NCBI RefSeq assembly: GCF_009914755.1
Contig: NC_060934.1
Length of the DNA stretch: 64,000 nt
Source of the DNA: the human T2T-CHM13v2.0 reference genome, Homo sapiens
Direction: 5' to 3' (one strand)
In this document: positions 24,690-40,500 of the stretch, piece after piece
How the letters are laid out: each line of letters starts with the position of its first letter
Numbering within the stretch: the stretch's first letter is position 1
Notes under the pieces: model-generated
What the model saw: only the letters and a program-made list of their open reading frames with translations
The model's database searches: none
Told to the model about the DNA's origin: nothing
Program-made: the position numbers and the translations under genes

Positions 24690-24812
24690 TTTGAAAATAG
24701 ACAGTGGTGACGGTTGCACATTGTGAATGTAATTAATGCCACCAAACTGTAGGCTTAAAATGGTTGAAATGGCAAATTTTACATTATATATGTTTTATCA
24801 TAATAGATAAAA
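24690..24812 (+). mobile_element. L1M (L1MB-like) 3' end fragment
   Basis: gtggtgacggttgcaca..tgtgaatgtaattaatgccac..cttaaaatggtt. Confidence 0.7.
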
Positions 24813-26867
24813 AGCCCCAACTCATCCCAGAGACTCCTTAGCTCTGGGATGGGGCCTCTAGAACCCCTTGATCTCACCACACAAGTCACAGGAGAAACAC
24901 CCGGGGTGAGAACTAGAAAAACGTGAATCCTTGTACAATGTTTTTCCATTTTAAACTTATTAAACTACCAAAAAAAGTACAAGTTTAAAAAATATTCGAA
25001 TCTCCTCCTCCCCTTGTACCAAGACCCCCTCTGAAGAGATCATCCCTGTGTGCCGGTTTTTGTGTTATGGTCCTAGTTATATTCCCTGCAAATACAGCAG
25101 ACGCAGCATCATATGACAATGCTTTTCCCACTGAGCACAGCTTGGACATCTCTCTGTCTCCCCTGCCTCATTCTGCTTAGAGTTTTATCACATGGCTCCC
25201 ACTAAATTTATTGAAGCAGTCCCCTGTTGGTAGACATGTTGTTTCCATTTTCAGCATAACTAATAATGTAGCAATGAACTTGTGCACGCAGCCTGGCTCA
25301 CTCAGCAAGGAAATCTGTAGTAAATTCCTAGCGGTCAAAGTGCTGAGCCAAAGAGTATGTGCATTTTCTTTTAGGCTATTGCTAAATTGCCCTCCAAAAA
25401 GGTGTACACGAAGCTTCGCTGTCCCAACAGCATGAGGAGGTTTGATTTATTTCAGGGCATCTGCTGACTGCAGGAGTTTAGCTGGGAACAGACGTGCCCT
25501 CAGAACCACAACCAACATAAATGCATTTCCTTCCCAATTTTAGCCTTTCCCAGGGCCAAAAGATGGGCTGGGATACCTTGTCACAGTGTCAACTTCGCCC
25601 CAAAGAGCTCTGAGAGGTAAATGGCTGTGGTCTAAATGTTGCCTTTCCGCTATTTGTTTGGGAATAAAGGCTGTTTTTGTTTTGCTCTACAATCCGACAG
25701 CGTAAACAAGCTTTCAGGAGGTTTGTTCATACTGCAAATGAGAACAAACTGTTTTCAGTCACTTTAGAAGTACCCACTGGTACAGGAACAGTTGCTATGC
25801 TAATTACAAAGCAAGTTCCGCTCCACATTACAGCAGGTTCCCTGCAGATCTTAGCAAGGCTGCATTTTGACGTGGAATATTGAAAGTAAAGACATTCTAT
25901 AACCCAGACACCTCAGTATTTCAAAACCCCCATCAAAGGACCTTATTGTGGGCAATATTTGAGAAGCCAGTTGCAAAGCACTCTCTTCTAGTGATCAAAG
26001 CAGGTCTCCTCTGGACGGCTAGTAAGCAACATTTTGTGAGCTTTGCCAGGTGCTCATTGATACCTGTTCCCTATCTGCCTTTGGAGGGTGAGCTTGGCCA
26101 GATATCCCTGCCTAACTTCTATCCCCAGGTAGAGATTTCCCCTATGTGGACCTTCTATCAGATCAGGACTTAATTTCACTTTGAGAGCCTGAGGCTTCCT
26201 TACGATCTGGGCTGAGTTGAGGCTGGGGCAGAGGGGCGCAGAGGTTTGGGGACAAGTCTGTGGATCCAGCTGCTTTCTGAAGCCGTAGGCATCTCTGCAG
26301 AGCTCAGCCTCGCCACAGTTCCCCACCCCTTCCCCCAAGCGTGGCCAGTGCCTGGGCTGGCACTCACAGGGGAAGGCAGGCATACTCACTCACCATCCAG
26401 AGCCAGGCTTATCCTGGGAAGGTGATCAGGCGCTGGCAGAGGTAGCTGCCGACACCGCACTAAGGAGTGTGCCAGGCCCTGACACAGCAGGGTGGGATGG
26501 GAGGGGCCTGGCCTGCTCAGGCGGCCTTTGTCCAGGGCCTGCCTGGTAGCCCACGGGGATATATGGAGGAGGGAGTTCGGCTGCTGAGGGTTGGGCTGCC
26601 TGGTTTCCCAGGGAGGAAGCTGGGTGAAAGCAGACAGCACATTCTGCTGCGCTGGGGGGTGGGAAGAAGTTCAAAGGGAGATGAGCTGCCTAGACCCCTT
26701 CTCTGAGCTCACTGAGAAACCACAGCCCCTCAGCAATGCAGGAGCTCCTTGGGCACCAACTTCTCTAGTCTCATTCCCCTACCTCAGGTTAACTTGTACT
26801 TTCATGTTATTTCATAGTCAAGCTACACTCTTACTTCCCAAGGATAACATTAAGAGGCTGGCACTGG

Positions 26868-26969
26868 GGCTGGGCATAGTGGCTCAATCCTGTAATCCCA
26901 GCACTTTGGGGAGCCAAGGCGGGTAGATCACTTGAGCCCAGGAGTTCGAGACCAGCCTGACCAACATGG
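26868..26969 (+). mobile_element. Truncated Alu left arm
   Basis: ggctgggcatagtggctca..cctgtaatcccagcactttggg..gagttcgagaccagcctgaccaacatgg. Confidence 0.9.
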
Positions 26970-27561
26970 CTCTGACCAAAATGCATGTTCTAATTTTGCT
27001 CTTGGCCTGTTTGTTGGTTTGAAAAAAGGGTAGCTGAGTAAAAAGTCACTGTAGCCTTTGAGTTGGGTTTTGTTGGGTCCGTGGTTTAGCTGATCCCCAT
27101 TCCGGCTTAGGTCCTCGTGCATGTCCTCCTGGATGCCTTTGTATCTCCAGGGCCTAGCAGGGGCTGGTCCCCACTGGATGTCTGACACATACAGGGTATA
27201 GAGGGGTGTGGAAGCCAAGACCTCTTCTCAGAAGAGGGAGGTGCCCTTGCATTTTGTCTCCAAGCTGCTGGGTATTCTCACCCAACCTCTCAGCGCCAGG
27301 CACCCTTAGGGCAGTGCCCTCTTACCCTGTAGGGCACCTCTCTGGCAAGCACCGGGGGGCTAACTGCTACCCACTGCACTGCCCCAAGCTGGGAAGAAGG
27401 TGAGTATGCAGAGCTAAGCAGGCCTGCAGCCAGATCCCAGCTATGCTACCCTGGGCTATGTGAGCTTGGGCAAGTTAGCATACATCTCTAGGCCTCTCTT
27501 TCCATGGATACAGAGAAGATGGTGATGCCTACTTCATAGAGTTCTTATAAGAATTCCCTGA

Positions 27562-29095
<1,534 letters not shown>

Positions 29096-29603
29096 TTAGT
29101 CCAGTGCCCAGCACAGTGGGAACTCAGGAAAGGTAGTTCTGTTCCCCTTCCTGAACCTCTTCCTCCTCCCTCCCCTGCAACAGAGAACATCTGAAGAACA
29201 TAGAAACACAGAACACAGAAATCTGAAGTAGTTTAATTCTAGGCCAAGAGGACCCCCAGCCTTCCCAAGCCATAGGGGGCTGGTGGGCAGGGCGGCACTT
29301 AGCTGCCTGGGGCACCCAGTACCTGTCATGAGGCACTTGCCCTGGCCAAAGGTCACTGCCAAGGCACAGCCACTCCAGAGAGTCAAGAGGAGCAGAGACT
29401 CCAGAGCAGATGGAAGGAGAGTGGGCTTCTGGGGATTGCACCAAGGAGGAAGCAGAAGGGATGTGCAGCAGCAGAAAAGGAGGAGGACCGGGGGGTTCTG
29501 AGGGCTTGGGGTGATGAGGCCAGAGTTCCAAACAGGGTCTGGGTGCAGGATGAGGACAGAAGAAAACAGAGAACCCAAAAGGGGCAAGAGGTTGGTCCCT
29601 TAC

Positions 29604-29660
29604 TTTCACTCTCCTGGGAGGAGGATGGGTACACCACACAGTTGGATGGTGCATCTTTGC
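29604..29660 (-). CDS. VSIR: VSIR exon 3 (57 bp), stalk (G)KDAPSNCVVYPSSSQESE
   Basis: cccacag|GC ... GAA A|gtaagg. Confidence 0.96.
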
Positions 29661-30333
29661 CTGTGGGAACAAACAGAAGGGCCATTAGGTGGGTGTCAGG
29701 CCCAGGAGGCCAGGGAGGCTTGTCCAGGCCAGTGTCCCCCTCCTGCCCCAGGTTCTCACGCTAGTGCCTACTCGGCAGTGTTGGCCCAGTGGCAGCCTGC
29801 ACACGTGTGCACCCACACACACCCTGGCATGTTCTCACCCTGCCCATTTTCATGCCACTCCCAGGGGCATGTGAATACCCGCTGGTGCCCACACCTCTAT
29901 CCGAACCATGGGCCCTTGCACTCTCACCTGAACAGACAGACACACACACGCATATATTCTCCAACAGCCATTCAGCCATCCACTGAGTCATGCCCCAGGG
30001 CACCAATCAGTCCCACTGATGCCTATACCCACAGCAGCCATGATGTCATCATGAGCAGTCACACTCCCAGCCCAGGTACCTACAGCCTCACACATTAAAA
30101 AGTCTCACTGTCACAAATGGAGCCAGGTACACCCTCCCTCTCCATCACTCCAGCTAACTACAAACCCACACTCCACACACCCTTGACCACCCCATCTCAC
30201 CCACACACTCCCTGGAGTGCCAGTGTTACCCATGCAGCCTCACACTCTGCCCAGCACAGTGTCATGAATGGTCACACCATCAGACAGGCAGCCCTCCACA
30301 CACGCCAGGCTGTCACGTGCAGGATGCCCTCAC

Positions 30334-30762
30334 CTGTCTGCACCTGCAGCTCCATGGCACCATGGACCCTGTGCTCCGAGTGGTGGTGCCTGATCTCCAC
30401 CACCAGGCAGCAGTAGAGGCCGCTATCCAGCAGGGTCAGGTTGCGCATGGTGATGGAGAAGTTGCCATGGTGGTCGGAGGCCGACTCCAGCCCGTGGCGC
30501 TGAGCCAGGTCGTGGCTGGTGTTGGCAGCCTGGTGGCCTCCATGGTGCAGGTGAAGGTCCTGGAACGTGAGGTTGCGGATGGGCCGGCGCTCTGAGCAGG
30601 TCTGCACCTCGCCCCTCGAGCTGCGGTACCACGTCTTGTAGAAGGTCACATCGTGCCCTTTGTCCACAGGGCCCAAGAGCCTGCAGGTGAGGGTGACGTT
30701 CTGCCCCTCGGGACAGACATACAGGGAATACGGCGTGGCGACCTTGAAGGCTGCCACCGGAC
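30334..30762 (-). CDS. VSIR: VSIR exon 2 (429 bp), IgV domain ([20 protein letters not shown]...[32 protein letters not shown])
   Basis: gagcag|GT ... ACA G|gtgagg; IgV features (B-strand Cys, W, DSGLYC) and His cluster. Confidence 0.98.
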
Positions 30763-31885
30763 CTGCTCAGAGAGAGGAGAGCCCTGTCACCTGACTGATC
30801 CAGTGCTACTCCTGGCAACCCCAGAGCGGGGAAGAACCTTAGCCTCTGCTACTTCCCAGCCACAGGCCAGGGGCATGTCAGCTGACCTCCCTAAGACTGC
30901 CTTCTGCATTTGTTCACAAACCCCACTCCATCCTAGGCTGTTGTAGGGGGAGTCACAGAAGCTTCCCCAACTAGGGGTGCTCCTGGATGCTGGACAGGGC
31001 AGGGAGAGACTTGGAGGGCAGTGATGCAGTCGGGTGTGTCCCTCTTCCCAGTAGAGTATATGCAAAACCTGTTGGGTGGGAGGCAGGTTGGGGAGCAGGA
31101 AGGCTGTTTCGAACAGCAGCTCCTTGTCCTTGGCCGCTCTGTAGGGGCCATCAACACCTCTGCCCCTTCCTACTCCTAGGACTGAACATGCCTTCCCATC
31201 CTTGCCAGGGAGCACTAAGAGAGCACCTGCGTGTGCAAGGCCTGGGCCAGGTGCTGCATCTCACCTGCATGCTGAATGCATGGCCTCCCCTTGAGCAGAC
31301 GAGGCCTGCATTCCCGACAGCAGAACCCCATGGCAAAGGCAATCCAATGCCAGCCCTCAGGGCACTTGGAGGAGGGAGGAAACAGCCTTCTGGGGACAGT
31401 CAGGGACTTCCTGAAGGAGGGAGAGTCTTTGGACTTGGTGCATAGATAGGATTTCAGCCAGTAGAAAGGGTGTCCTAGGCAAGATAGTGTGAAAATGGGA
31501 AAACCCAGTGTCTGAGGGACCGGGACAGAGAGTATATGAAAGGTCATCTCATCCATGCACGTCCTTCCAGCCAAACTTAGAAAACTGTCTAGTTCTGTTT
31601 GGTTTTTTTCACCAAGCAAATGAAGCAATTCCCTGGTCCACTTTGCCTTATCCCAATCCTCCAGCATTTAATCGGGTTGACCCTCAAAACCATGAGCTTT
31701 TGAAAACAGAATATTGGATAGAGGCCGCGTTTCTATCTAACTGTATAAGCCTCAGTTTCCTCCTCTGTGCAGTGAGAAAACTATTGGCTACAATGCAGGG
31801 TTGCAAAAGGACTAGATGAGGGAAAGATGAGAACACAAGATGTGAGCTCTAATGCCCTCTGCAGACATCTGAGGGATAGCTATAA

Positions 31886-32059
<174 letters not shown>

Positions 32060-35000
32060 TAAATGGCATGTCAGGCTGTTGTGGGTCTAGCAGAGAGGGA
32101 AGGAGGGTTAGAACTATGTACAGAATCCAAACTGATACATCCTTTTCATTGCCCCAGCCAGGGGCATTGCCCAGAACCAATATAATGCCACATCCTCCTT
32201 CAGATGCCCCTTCCCTGCCCTTAGAGCCCAGGACCCTCGGCGGCAGGCTGGGACCCACTGGAAGAGCTGAAAGCCTTGCCCAGCCAGGAGGGAGGCAGCC
32301 TGGTGGGGCTTCTGGAGCTGGCCAGCCTGTACTGGACCAGTAGCTGTGAGCCACTTAGACGCTGAGCCCCGACTCCTCACTCACAGATGTTTTTCCCAGA
32401 AATGAAAACATCTCCCTGGCAGAGTTGAGGCAACGGTTAGTAATAATTCACATGAAGTGTTCTGTAAGTGCCATGCGAGTAGTCGGCGCTTGGTACTTGG
32501 GAGCTAGACAGGTCTCTAATTCATTCAGCAAGTCAAGAAGTGCCTCCTAGGAGTGAGAAGCACAGTGGGATGGAGAAGCCAGCTTTAAAGTCTTTCCTGC
32601 TAAGGTGTGAATGACTGATAACAACTTGTGATCCGATCCTGGGGCGCTTGTGTTTAAAGGAGAGTCTCCAAAGGCACCAAAGCCCCAAACGGCATGTCTG
32701 CAAGAGTGGAGTTTTAGGCAGAGAGCCAAGTCTGGGAGCCCCAGATTTTTGGAGTCATTGTCAGGGTGAGCAGAGATTTCAGAACTTCTTTGGCAAGATA
32801 CAGGTCTCCTTTTCAGGCAGAAACACAGAGACCCAGAAAGGGAAAGTGGTTGGACTGAAGTTCCAAAGTTCCAGAGGGTATGATCTCAAAGCCTGGAGCA
32901 TGGGGGACTTCAGGTAACGCAGGATCTAGGCAGAACCGTAATAAGAAGACACAGCATGTGTTGTGCACTACGCTAAGGGTTTCATGGGCATATCTAACAA
33001 TGCCATAAGGTATTGTTTTTATTCCCATTGCACTGATGAAGAAACTAAGGCACAGAGAACTTACGTAACTCACTGATGATCACACAGCAAGCAAGTGCTA
33101 GAGCTAGAATTAAACTCAGACACATAGACACTATACTGATGAAAAAAAAGGCCAGAAACTGGAAGCCCACAGGCCACATCCAGCCTTCACACATATTTCA
33201 TTGGATCCTCAAAATCTTTTTAATTTTCTTGAGATGGCAACATTTAAAAACCAGGAATTTGACATGAAAATTCTGACTTCCAGCTCTCCTTAGAAAATCA
33301 GAAGATAATGCTAAACCAGCTTTCCCACAGGGCAACTGTCAGCTGGAGCTCAGTAGCAGCTTTTGGGGGGCACCGGCACTCCAGTTCGCCAGAGTCCGTC
33401 CGTACTACTCCCTAATAATTCCACCTGGCCTGCTTCACTCTCTCACCGTGGTTTCTTGGTCCTGTGGACATTTGAGTTTGTGATGAATGAGTGTGGCTTC
33501 TTGGGCTAGCTGGCATGGGACTCTACTGCCCAAACCCATTATGCTACAAATCTGACCCACAGACTCAAGAGAGGAGATGATCCACCCAGGGTCCCCAGGG
33601 GAAGCCTGGCAGTGCAGGGACTAGCCAACTCTCCTCTGCTAACCCACTGCCCTTACCCCTGCAGCAGGCTCAGTGGAAAAGGAGCCCCAGGAAGCTTGGC
33701 TGTGCCCCTGGTTTTGTCCGTGCTGGCCTGGACTTCCCCTTCACACCTGAGTGGGGTGGGTGTAGCTGCAAAACTATGGCTCTGCCGGGAAACAGAAGTG
33801 AGGAGGACCTAGGGAAAGGGCTCTCCCACGTACTCCCAGGAAGAAACAAAACCTGCCCCAAGGGGGCCCTGTGCTGCCCCCTTCCCCAGCAGGCCATGTG
33901 GCAGGTCCCACCAGCACCTCTCCCAGCTTCTGCCCCTTTCTCCCTTTGCCTGACATCACCTCCTACCCCAGAGCCACCCCAGGGCTGGGAGCTGAATTCA
34001 GCTCCAGCTTCAGCTACGGTAGTATTTACCACCAGCACACATACCTTGGGGGCTGGCCAAAGGGCTGGCTCAGCAGACACGGGGCTGCAGGCCAGAGGAG
34101 GGTATGGCAGGGCAGGCAGAGTAGAGCTGGCAGCCAAAGCAAGATGCGCAAAGCTGAGCTGGGTGGGGTTGGGGGCCCTCAAGTGGACAGAGGTGTGGAC
34201 AAGTGGGGCTAGCGTGGTTGTTGGCCTGAGTGTCCCTGTGAACAAGGTGGGGCAGGGCACCAGGCTGGGAGCCCTCAGGGTCTAAGCAATGGGGTTAATG
34301 ACCCCAGGATTGTACCCATAGCACCCGCAGCAGTAGGGAAGGGATGTTCTCCCCTGGAGGCAACTTCCTTGAGATGCACGGCGGGTGGGTGCATCAGAGA
34401 GAAAGCAGAGTTCAGGGAGTACGGGAGAGGGGGCATTGCTCAATCCCCCACACCTCCCCACCCCTCACACACTGGCCACCCATCCCACAGGTCCCAAAGG
34501 AGTCGTTCCCCTTTTAGAAAAAAGCTGTCTTAGGATTCAAGTTTGGGGAGCAGGGGAGGATGTTCAGTTTTCAAGCAAGAGGGCCAGACAGGAGAGGGTC
34601 CAGGACAAGCCAGAGGGACAGGACAAACCAAGGGTCCACAGGGGTTTGTCCTGGGGAGGGAGGGAAGGCCAGAAAACACCCCATTTACTGTGTCTGAGAC
34701 TCCAGCTGGGACAAGGCCCACAGCAGCCTGTCGTTAGGAGGACACTCGAAGGCATGGCATGGGGGAGAGGGGCAGCGCACAGCACGCAGAGGGGCCTGCA
34801 CGTGCCCCGCGGACTCCACATCTGTGCACATGCCTGTGTGTTGTCAGGGAAGCTGTGCAGCCCGGCTAAAATTACAATTCTTTGGCGAGAGGATGTTGCT
34901 TATTGTCAGGAGCAGATCCTTTTGGACACCTGGGTCATTGTCGGAGACCGGGAAAAGTGGGTGGGGAGGAAAGCCCCTGGCTCCAGGGTGGCCAAAAGCA

Positions 35001-36711
35001 TGTGGGACAGGAAAATGACCCGGGGCCTGGGCCTGAGCATGTGCCAGGCGGGAACCGTCCAGTTGCCGTGCTGCTGTCAAGACCCAGGCCCCCCGCCCGC
35101 CACCCGCCACCTGCCACCAGGTAAGGAGGCAGGGCCACCTAGAGGAAGAGTGCCGTGAACCTGGGAAAGCCTGAGTCTCAAGAGTAAAACTCTCGCTTGG
35201 ATTGCAACGTCCTGGGGCCTCAGTGTCCACTTAGTTGTGCCCTCATTGTGTGCCCTTGGGCAGATCCCACCCTTCTCTGAGCCTCCGTTTCTTCATCTTA
35301 ACCTGAGGGCTGCCAGCTCTAAAATCCTGTGGGCAGGAGGGAAGAGCTGTCTTATGACCATGTATTATGTGCTAGGCTCTTGCTGAGCATCTTATACCTG
35401 TCACATTTAGTTCTCATAACACCCCCAACATGGGTGGTATCATCCCCATTTTAAAGATGAGGAAACAGACTCAGAGAAGTGACTTGCCCAAGGCCACACA
35501 GCGCTGTGTGACTGAGCTGAGATTCACACCTTGGACAGGCCAGCACTGCAGACAGGAAGAGCCACCCACCTCTCCAGAACCCTCCAGTGGGCAGGCGGGG
35601 CTGATGCCTCATCCTTCAGCTATTTAGAAAAAATGAACTGACCGTGCATTGACCTCCACGCCCTCCGTGCAACATTCCTGCTCTGCCTCAGACCCAAGCT
35701 GAAAACATCATTCTTTCATTCCACAAATATTTACCAAGGTCCTAACATGGGCCAGGCCCAGGCAGGGAGGCTGTGGGGATGCAGAGTTCCATCAGGGGCA
35801 TCTGCTCAGAACTTGGGCCTGGACCTGTGCCTGAGATTTCTAGCTGTGGCACCCTCAGATGTTTCTGTCCCAGTACAAGGGAAAGGAGCTCTTGTTGGCA
35901 TCTTCTCAGAATGCCAGTTTTTGTGACCTTCACCTCTCTCCACCCAGCAGGCCCCGGGTGACCCCTGTGAGTGTGCACGGGATGGGTGTGTGTGGGTGTG
36001 GACAGGCCTGTGTATTTTTCATGACGGGGCGTGAGCTTAGCCCACAGTCGCCAAGGCAACGCCCTAGCCTTTGGAGGTGGGACCCAAGCTTGGTTAGTCG
36101 GGCCTAGGAAGCCCCACCCAAACAGCTGAACTCTGACCAGCTGCTAGAGGTTGTCAAGTAAACAGTTATTAATTGCCTGCTGTGGCTGGCCCTGCACTAG
36201 ATGCAAAAGGTCCCGTCCTTGGTCTCACAGGACATCCCAAAGAGAATGGGACCTGGTTCCAGCTCCCCGCCAGGCCCCATCCCCCAGGATGGTCCACAGG
36301 CTGGGGCTGGGGCTGTAGGAAAAGACTATGTTCTGTCTTTATCAAGATGCAGAGGGAAACAGAGGCATGGATCAATCAGGACTGGGGCTGCCAAGGCTAA
36401 GAAAGGAAGCGTCACAAGGCATAGGCTCAGGGCCTGAAGCCAGCAAGTCTGCCCTGGGGCTTTCTGGCCAGTGAGGACAAAGGGCATCTCAGATGTGTTT
36501 ATTGATACCTGCCCCCGCAGGAAGTGTCCATTCACATCAGACCAAGGGGGCTGGGAAGGGGAAGCCAGGCTCTATTGAAGGAAGCGGCACTTCCAGCACC
36601 TTGGGAAAGCCTCCGTGCATCCGGGGCTGGAGCTGGAGGCTAGCATGCCTCCCCGGGGAGGGCCTAGGCAGCTGGCCAGAGGTCCCGGCCCGTGGATGCT
36701 TCTGTGGATGA

Positions 36712-37515
<804 letters not shown>

Positions 37516-40500
37516 TCATTCTAAACACTTTTACATAGATTAGTTTATGTAATCCTTCCACCCTATGAGGTAGGTACTAGTATCATCTCCATTTTACAGA
37601 TGAGAAAACGGAAGCACAGAGAGATTAGTATCTTGCCCACAGCCTCACAACTAATAAGTGATGGTGTCAGGATCTGAACCCAGGTAGTCAGCCTCTGGAG
37701 GTCTGGTGCCATCTGACTACTCTCTAGAGAATAGAGGTAGCTGGGGACTGACTGGAGGCCCCACCTCCTTCTTGAAGACGGACAAATGTCATGACCAATG
37801 AAAGCCCAGCTTGCCTGGCCACGTCTACCACATAGTTTTACTTTTGGTTTTACATTAAATAACATTGAATCATATATAGAAGAGGTTATTCCCTTTACAA
37901 TTATTTCAGTCCTGATTACATCAAAGAGAAAGTCTCAGTTTGATGCTAATATGTCTCTAAAACATCTTTCTCTCACTTGCTAATCTCCTTTTCTTTTTAA
38001 ATTTTATTTTATTTTAATTTTTTGCAAGGGAAAGCAGCAGTTTTCAGACTCCGAGCCTTCCCAGGCTAAAGTTTCCAACTAGAATTCAATACCCTTATAT
38101 GGTTTTCCTGTTACGTTCTTTTATGGTTTTGTTCTATTTATGACAAGTGATACTGGCTTTCCACTAATGACAGCGATAAAAAGTTTCCTTTTAAAGATCT
38201 ACATACTCAAATAAAAGAATGAGTAGATTTAAAGAAAAAAATAAGTAAATATTATGAAAGGCAGACACTGCAGAGATCACAAAGGTGATAAGCAAATGAC
38301 TGAAGCTAGGGAAACATCGTCGTGGAATTACCCTTCAGAGGAGGGTGGTCAGCCTCACTGAGACCACGTCACCCAACCTGTCCATTGCACAGACAAAGGG
38401 GAAGTGTGTGTTTGTGTTCCCATGATGAGTGAACAGCAGAGGCAGGGTTTGACCCCAGGTCCCCATGGGAAATAAGATCCTACGCAGAAAGGCTAAAGGA
38501 ATGGGCTTGCTTGGCTTGGTAAGTAGCAGAGCAACCTCATTATTGGATTACTGATGAGAAAGATGGTGGCCACTGTCTTTGTCTTTGGTGATGGCCAGCC
38601 AAAGTGAATGGACCGAATGTAAAAAGATCAGATGTAAGAAAGATCCACCAAGATAAGCAAACCCAGGGCCAGGCTTGCCTTCAAGTTGCAATGTCCCCAT
38701 CTCCTGACAACTTTAAGAAGAGAACCTGTAGGCACCTCCATGGGCATTTCAGACTGTGAGGGCCTACAGGGGCTCACAGGTAGCTGGACGCAGCCCATGC
38801 ACCCTTCATACTCCAGGCTTTGGAGAATCTAGTCCCAGTGAAGCTCACCAATGCCTTCCCAGGCCCTGGGCACTCCATTAGGCCCTGTAGAGAGCAAGCA
38901 GCTTAGATAGAAAGCCAATGGCATGTGGCCTGCAGAAGCCAAGAAATACCATAATATTACACAGTATTCACGAGGAGCCGGGTGCTGTGTTAAGTGTTCG
39001 TTCATTGGCTCTTCACAGTTGCCCTCCAAGGGAGGTGGTATCATCTTCCCACTTTAGAGGGAGGGGAACTTGCTCAGGGAGACTGAATAACTTGTCCAAT
39101 ATCACAGAGCAGTAAATGGCCATCTTGGGATTTAAGCCTAGGTCTGAGTGACTCACAAAGCCCAAGAGTTAAGCAAGGGGCTGTACGGAAGCCCTGGCTT
39201 TGCCATATACAGGCATGCTGGGACTGCAGCTAAGGGCATCTGTGGGGCCACTGGAAGCCACAGTGCTGATCCCTGGCCCACCCTCCCCTGGGAGACCAGA
39301 CTGACCCTGGGTCATTGGTTGGCTAAAGCCTGGGGCCTCAAGTTTGGTATGTGGGGCTCGCTCACTGCCAACGGGTTCTCCTTGAGGATCCCTTTCTTCC
39401 TTTCATCTGCTCAGGCCTAACACCCCATACACTGTGTGCGGATAGGGAGGTGACCCCTTTAGCGTCTCAGCAGCACACTCCTGCCTGGACCACCCTCTCC
39501 CAGGAAGGTCAGACCCCAGCGGAACCTTTGCCCTGCTTGGGTGGAAGCATGAACAACTAGTACAGCTCAGCAAGGGACTCCCAGTATTGCTGGCCCTTGG
39601 GTGTCCCTGGCATTGGGTAGATGACCCCTCATGCCAGGGACTGGCCTCAAGGCTGTTCCTCTCTACTCCAGAGCCTCTGGGCAGTGGGTTGTGGATTTCC
39701 TAAGAGCTGACCATTGCTGCGTCAGAGGCTTGCAGCACTGGGTTACTCAACAAGGCCCTGCAGCCTGGTTTGCTATGAAGGAGAAGATGGGGTCTCTCGT
39801 CCCTAGCCCCAGTGCACTTAAATGTGCTAGTCCCAGAGGTTGGGAGTCCTGAGTCAGCCTGTGAGGACAGGGCAAGGACAGTAACTGCCTCGGGTCCTGG
39901 GAATGTCTGTGGGAAAGAAGAGGCTCTGCTACCCTTGAGATCTGCTGGGTCCTGGTCCCTAAGTGTACCTCTCCACCCATCTCACCCTGAGTCAGGCCCA
40001 GGAAAGGGGTATCTTTGGTGTTTCCTGGGCTTCTGAACACCACATTCATCACTACCATTCTCCTCAGTGCTGGCCCAACCCCAAGAGCTGGAGAACAGGC
40101 TGGCCCCGGCCACTCTATCTCACTTTCCCTGGCATAAAGGCTTTGACCTTGGGCAACATACCCAGGGCAACCCAGCACCTCGGCAGGCTGGTGATCAATC
40201 TTCTCAACTTACAGATCCTGCTGACCATGCCTGCAACCAGGCCTCCCATCTGCTATCTCCCTCAGTGCACACTGTCCTAGGGAGTTGGGTGAATATCTAT
40301 TATAGTGTGTCCATGTCACAGTTCAGAATCCTGAGGTCCCAGAGCAATTCAAATGCTTCTGGCTCCTTTCAGTGGAAAGCTGCAGCCAGCCTAAATCATC
40401 TCCCTGTGCTGGGCCCAGGAAGAGATGACCCTTTAGTATACCATGTTGTTTGAGTAGCCAAGACCTCTGGGAGTAAAGGCCCCTGGCCATATAAGCAATA

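Noticed and set aside
30763-30768. GAGCAG tandem acceptor at VSIR exon 2
   Set aside because: GAG is a rarely used acceptor; the CAG reproduces the known protein.
34385-35158. 257-aa ORF and similar intronic ORFs (3425-4117, 22369-23064, 29511-30098)
   Set aside because: Mostly non-ATG starts, compositions typical of random GC-rich DNA, no recognisable domain.
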